Assembly: GCA_963706955.1 (NCBI GenBank)
Contig: CAVPOC010000003.1
Span: forward strand, 672,001 to 736,000
Source of the DNA: an uncultured Verrucomicrobiae bacterium
GTDB taxonomy: Bacteria; Verrucomicrobiota; Verrucomicrobiia; Chthoniobacterales; Terrimicrobiaceae
Length of the DNA: 64,000 nt
Direction: 5' to 3'
Positions 59,861 through 64,000 of this stretch are shown piece by piece. A program made the translations under genes and the position numbers. Below the pieces are notes generated by a model that was not told where the DNA came from, did not search any database, and saw nothing but the letters and a program-made list of their open reading frames with translations. Position 1 is the stretch's first letter, and every line of letters starts with the position of its first letter.

Positions 59861-60865
59861 CTAGCGCTCAACTCGAACCGGCACGCGTCTGGGTGGTTCG
59901 AGCGAGTCTGTTACCTCAAACTTGGACGCTTGCACCTTGATAAAGCTGAGAACCACCGGCGCGAGGATGATGCCGGGTATTCCCAGGAGTCGCTCTCCGA
60001 AGAGCAGCGCAAGGAGCGTGAGCCACATCGGATGTTTAATCCGACCACCAATGATCTTGCTATTCAAGAAGTACTCCAACTTGTGAATCGTGATCAGGAA
60101 GAGGAGCGCCCAGCCGGCAAACTGCGGGGAGATCGTGAAGGCGATGCCAACGATTATGGCGTTGCTAATGATGTTGCCGATCACCGGCAGCAATCCGCAC
60201 AAGAAAGTTAGCACGATAACAACGGCGGCATACGGAAGGGAAGTCGCGTAGACAAACATCGACGTCAGAGTGGTGTTGATGCCCGAGATAATCACCTGCG
60301 CGCTCATCACTTTTTCAAAGTTCTCGTAGAACGATCGGAAGAGCTCTGCCACCCGCGCGCAATGCAGGGAGTAGATATTGAGAGGCCTGGGGGATTGATC
60401 GAAATCGAGGGTGGGATTGATGAAGATGCTCACTGCCACGACCACTCCCACGATGACGAGCAGGAACTCCTTCGTGGCCAGGCCGGCGTAACCTCCCAGA
60501 TAGACGGCGGTTTCGTGAATGCTTTCAATAAGTAGCGATTTAAGACTTTCCATATCCGTGAAGGGCAAGACGATCCCACGCTCGGTCGCAAAGCGCACAA
60601 TCACCGGAATGGTTGTCGATGCGATCTCCGGCAGTGCCTTGACGGCATGCCTGACAAAAAAAGCAAAACCATAAAACAAGGCGCACAGAAATATTAGGAA
60701 CAGACCGATGGATACCCACTTGTATTTTCCGAAGGAGAGCGCTCGAAGCGCAAGAGAAGCGAACAGAATCGTGACGAAGACCGTCGTCAGATGAAATGCT
60801 CCGACGGCAATGACAATCAGGATGAAAATTGCGTAGGAGACCGCAAGCGACTTGTCCTGATGCAT
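59861..60865 (-). CDS. AI-2E family transporter
   Basis: Probable start MHQDKSLAV; AQVIISGINT, GLLPVIGNIISN, HKLEYFLNSKIIG, GIPGIILAPV. Confidence 0.85.
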   Translation of the reverse strand: MHQDKSLAVSYAIFILIVIAVGAFHLTTVFVTILFASLALRALSFGKYKWVSIGLFLIFLCALFYGFAFFVRHAVKALPEIASTTIPVIVRFATERGIVLPFTDMESLKSLLIESIHETAVYLGGYAGLATKEFLLVIVGVVVAVSIFINPTLDFDQSPRPLNIYSLHCARVAELFRSFYENFEKVMSAQVIISGINTTLTSMFVYATSLPYAAVVIVLTFLCGLLPVIGNIISNAIIVGIAFTISPQFAGWALLFLITIHKLEYFLNSKIIGGRIKHPMWLTLLALLFGERLLGIPGIILAPVVLSFIKVQASKFEVTDSLEPPRRVPVRVER

Positions 60866-60947
60866 CTGGCAAAGATTTAAAAGCCGCGGCGCCAGAGCGA
60901 CAACAAAAAGATGTGAAGCAACACCGGCTGGTCCGAGAAGAACTCTT

Positions 60948-61530
60948 CTATTCGGATGAAGGAGTTTCCGGGCCTTGCATGGGCCTTCGTTGACGGGGTC
61001 GAGAGAGCCTCTGGTGGAGCACGAACCCGGCCATGGCAAGCGGAGGAAATGCCAGCCAGGGCCAGAAAGCGAGTAGCGGCGGCAAGGGGCGTCGAACGTC
61101 AAGATCACACGAGAGCAGAACCTCTCTTCCAGCCTCGAGCACCTTGATCTCAAGGACTGACGGTCCGGCGCTCTTCATGGGAACGATGGCCGAGTAGAGG
61201 AACCTATTATTCGAATGGCCGCGGAGGGCAGGTATTCTTTCAGTGCGGGATTCCATCGTGCAGCATGGAGGCAGCCAGTCGGCTGAAGAATCCGAGTTCG
61301 CTCGCCAGGAAATATCGACGTCGGCATCAAGAACCGGCTTCTCGCCTTTCTGCACCAAGACGCTGACATCCACCGGACCGGCACGAAGCGGTGCTGGCGA
61401 GGCAAAGACAGTCAACTGAAGGCCGTCAATCGTCTGCCGCGCGATGATGGCCCCTCCGTCGCCGTAGCAGCATGCCGCCAATGAGGAGAACAGGACCAGG
61501 ACCGCGGAGAAAAGCCTGCGCATAGTTTTC
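60948..61530 (-). CDS. Exported protein with C-terminal membrane anchor; read in frame with the upstream ORF as given, probably a separate gene
   Basis: Internal signal peptide MRRLFSAVLVLFSSLAACCYG-DGG; TVFASPAPLRAGPVDVSVLVQ; WLPPCCTM. Confidence 0.55.
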
Positions 61531-63800
61531 AATGCCATCATCATTCCGCGCATTTCCATGGGTTGGAAAATAATCCAGACGCCCGCCGCATAGAGTAACA
61601 CTGCCAGCAGACCCCAGGGAAGAAACGTCAAAAGCCGCCGAGTTGAGCTCATCTGCCCAGCGATACGCCAGGCAATGTAGAGCGAGAGCAGAAGACCAAG
61701 GTCGAGCAAGAATAGCTCGAGTCCCGGCAGGCTGTAAAAAGCGAGAGAACTTACTGACCAGACCGGCTCGGACTTGGTCACGCCAAGGTCATGCGCAAGT
61801 CGGTGAATTACTGGGATCGGCGTGAGAGCGGCCGTAAACAAATGAAAAGCAAAATGCGCCAGCCACATCGCAAATCCGATCGGGACCAGCGACAACGAAA
61901 ATCGGCATAGATTTTCCTTCAGGAGAGTGCCGGCAATCGAGCTGCTCCAAGCGGCTGCTGCCATCGCCATCGTGGCCGGGATGATAATCAGAACGAAAAC
62001 GCTCAACAGGGTGACAATGCCGAGATCTGAGGAAAAATTGAACGCGCTGGCAGCTTTGGAAATCCCACCGAGGACCGGCGCAACCATTCCGGCCGCATTT
62101 GCAAAAGCTCCAAAGGTGAGGGCAAGAACCAGTCCCGCGAGGTCGAGGCGCGTGCCGTATCGGCCGATCGAGGAACGTGGTCGGTCTTCGATCAGGTCAT
62201 GGCCGGGCAGAACCGCGACGATACCGACATTTTCGTGGGGACACGCCTTGATGCAATCCAGACAAAACGTGCAATCCATGTTTCCGGATTTTCGTGGCTG
62301 AAAAAGCTGGAGCTCGCATCCGCGCTGCGTCGCGTTCCCTTTGATGCAGTCGAACGTCCGGCACGAAGCGCAGACATCCGGACGCCGCACCTTCACCTCA
62401 AAAGGTGACGCGAGCGATTGCACAAAGTGAAACTGCCCGATCGGGCAGACAAATTTACAAAAGCTCGCGCCTCGAAAAAAGCCATCTATAAGCAAGGCCG
62501 CCAGAAAATACCCAAGGATGATCAATGCGGTGACGGCGGGCTTGTCCCAGAGGTCAAAAGCCTCATAGGCCCACAGGTAAACGAGCACGAGCCCGACGGC
62601 CAGCCACTTTGAGCTCAGTCCTCGTGGCCACCGAGCTCGGGCCGGCAGGATTCTGCGGCCCAAATCTCGGACAAAGGTGAACGGGCATGCCATGCAGAAC
62701 AGATTACCCACGGCCAGCAAACCCACGACCGTGAAGGCGCGCCAATGGGTCCAGGGAAGCACACCTGCCAAGTTCATCGGGCTGAGCTCAGGTCCGAGAA
62801 GTCCGTCCAGGATGATGACGGCCGCCAGAAGCAGCGAAACGATCTGCAGCGTCGGGCGAAAGTATCGCGAACGGATCATTGCGCCGAGAACCGGCACGCC
62901 CAAGAGATCGAGCGGCGCCCGCCTTTTCTCCACTTTCAGGGCAGCCACTGGCGCCTTCGGCTTCAAGCGAGTCTGCGAGGGCCGCACCAGCCGGTTTGGA
63001 GACAGAAACTGCATCGCGATAAGTGCCGCCGGCACGATAAAAGCGATCGATCCGGGAACCCACATGATGGCGCCCGCAGTCGCCTGATCGCTGAGCGGCG
63101 CAATCCCAAAACGTGGCGCGTTCGCATAGGTCGGGTAAGCAATCCTGTCATAGAAGGAAAGAAATCCTGCCAAGGCCGTATTTTGAAGGTCGGCAAGCAG
63201 AAGGTAAGGGATCATTGTCCAGCGCGGCCAGTAGGGATGGCTCGGCCACGGCTGAACGACGTGCCACCAAAAGAGGAGAGCTGTTGCGAGAAAACAGAAG
63301 TGCTCGAACTTGTGCCAGCCAGGCGAACGCAAGGCGAGTTCGTAGAAGTCTGGGAGGTGCCAAAGAACGTTGCTAAGAACGAAGAGCACCCAACAAACGA
63401 TCGGATGCATCAGTCGGTGGAGAAAGCTCCTCAACAACGGCCAAAGAAGAAATGGCCCCAACACCCGGCTGACAAGGTGGCGAGGAAGCCCGCAGAGCAA
63501 AGGAAGTTGCGGCGCGCCCAGAAGCAGCAGCGGTGGAGCAACCATCGTCAGCAAGAGGTGCTGCACCATATGCGCCGTCAGCAGAAACGAAGCAAAGGCG
63601 TCCAAGGGAGACGCGAGCGACAAATAGATCGCCGCCAGCCCGGCGAGGAAGCACACCAGTCGGGACAACGGATAGCGAGAGGGAACCTGCCGCCGCAGCT
63701 TATTCCAGCCGCGAAAATAGATCAATGCAGTTGCCAGCAATCCAAATGCGGGGACCGGCAGAAATGCCCAGGAGGCAAGGGCGGCGGATTGTGCGCTCAC
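61530..63800 (-). CDS. Caa3-type CtaG cytochrome c oxidase assembly domain fused to a membrane 4Fe-4S polyferredoxin domain
   Basis: SPLDAFA, AHMVQHLLLTMVAPPLL, WHLP, EH, DQATAGAIMWVPG; FCMACPF, FCKFVCP, CASCRTFDC, CTFCLDCIKACP. Confidence 0.8.
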
Positions 63801-64000
63801 GGACTCCTACATTACCGCAGGAACGCAGATCTGCAGGGAAATCGATCGCAGAAAAGGCCTAAGCCTAGCCTTCGTGGTGGCCCTTATGACCACCAGCGGC
63901 CTCCTGCTTCGGCGGAACCGCCGGAAAGGTCGAGTCGCGCGCAGGCGCCTCACCCGCAGGCCGGAGCGAGACCATGTAAGCTCACGACGGCCTCGACCTC

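Noticed and set aside
63801..64000. 3' end of an upstream gene
   Set aside because: Too short, and no frame gives a recognisable product.

Overview
Bacterial chromosomal segment of moderately high GC. Gene content (Verru_Chthon-type pseudopilin cassette, PbpC/alpha-2-macroglobulin, GTP-PEPCK, HtpG) suggests Verrucomicrobiota, possibly Spartobacteria/Chthoniobacterales (inference). It carries a pseudopilin cassette, a partial myo-inositol catabolic operon (iolC-D-B-A plus RpiR), an AddB-like nuclease, rpsU, a GH130 enzyme, TPR-A2M-PBP1c, mqo, a family-B DNA polymerase, a GT11 fucosyltransferase, a sugar ABC/kinase/aldolase cluster, a SAM-cycle locus (SahR-like regulator, metK, ahcY), htpG, pckG and a CtaG/polyferredoxin fusion. 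Several GTAG-type REP palindromes lie in intergenic gaps. The most striking feature is a 437-bp module between metK and ahcY: a GxxExxY PD-(D/E)XK nuclease gene bracketed by inverted triple CACAGATT repeats and translationally coupled to ahcY. It is a candidate selfish element or mRNA intervening sequence. Also notable are a PolB whose proofreading carboxylates appear lost, and four clear plus one probable single-base insertions that look like sequencing errors. No rRNA, tRNA or CRISPR array was recognised.
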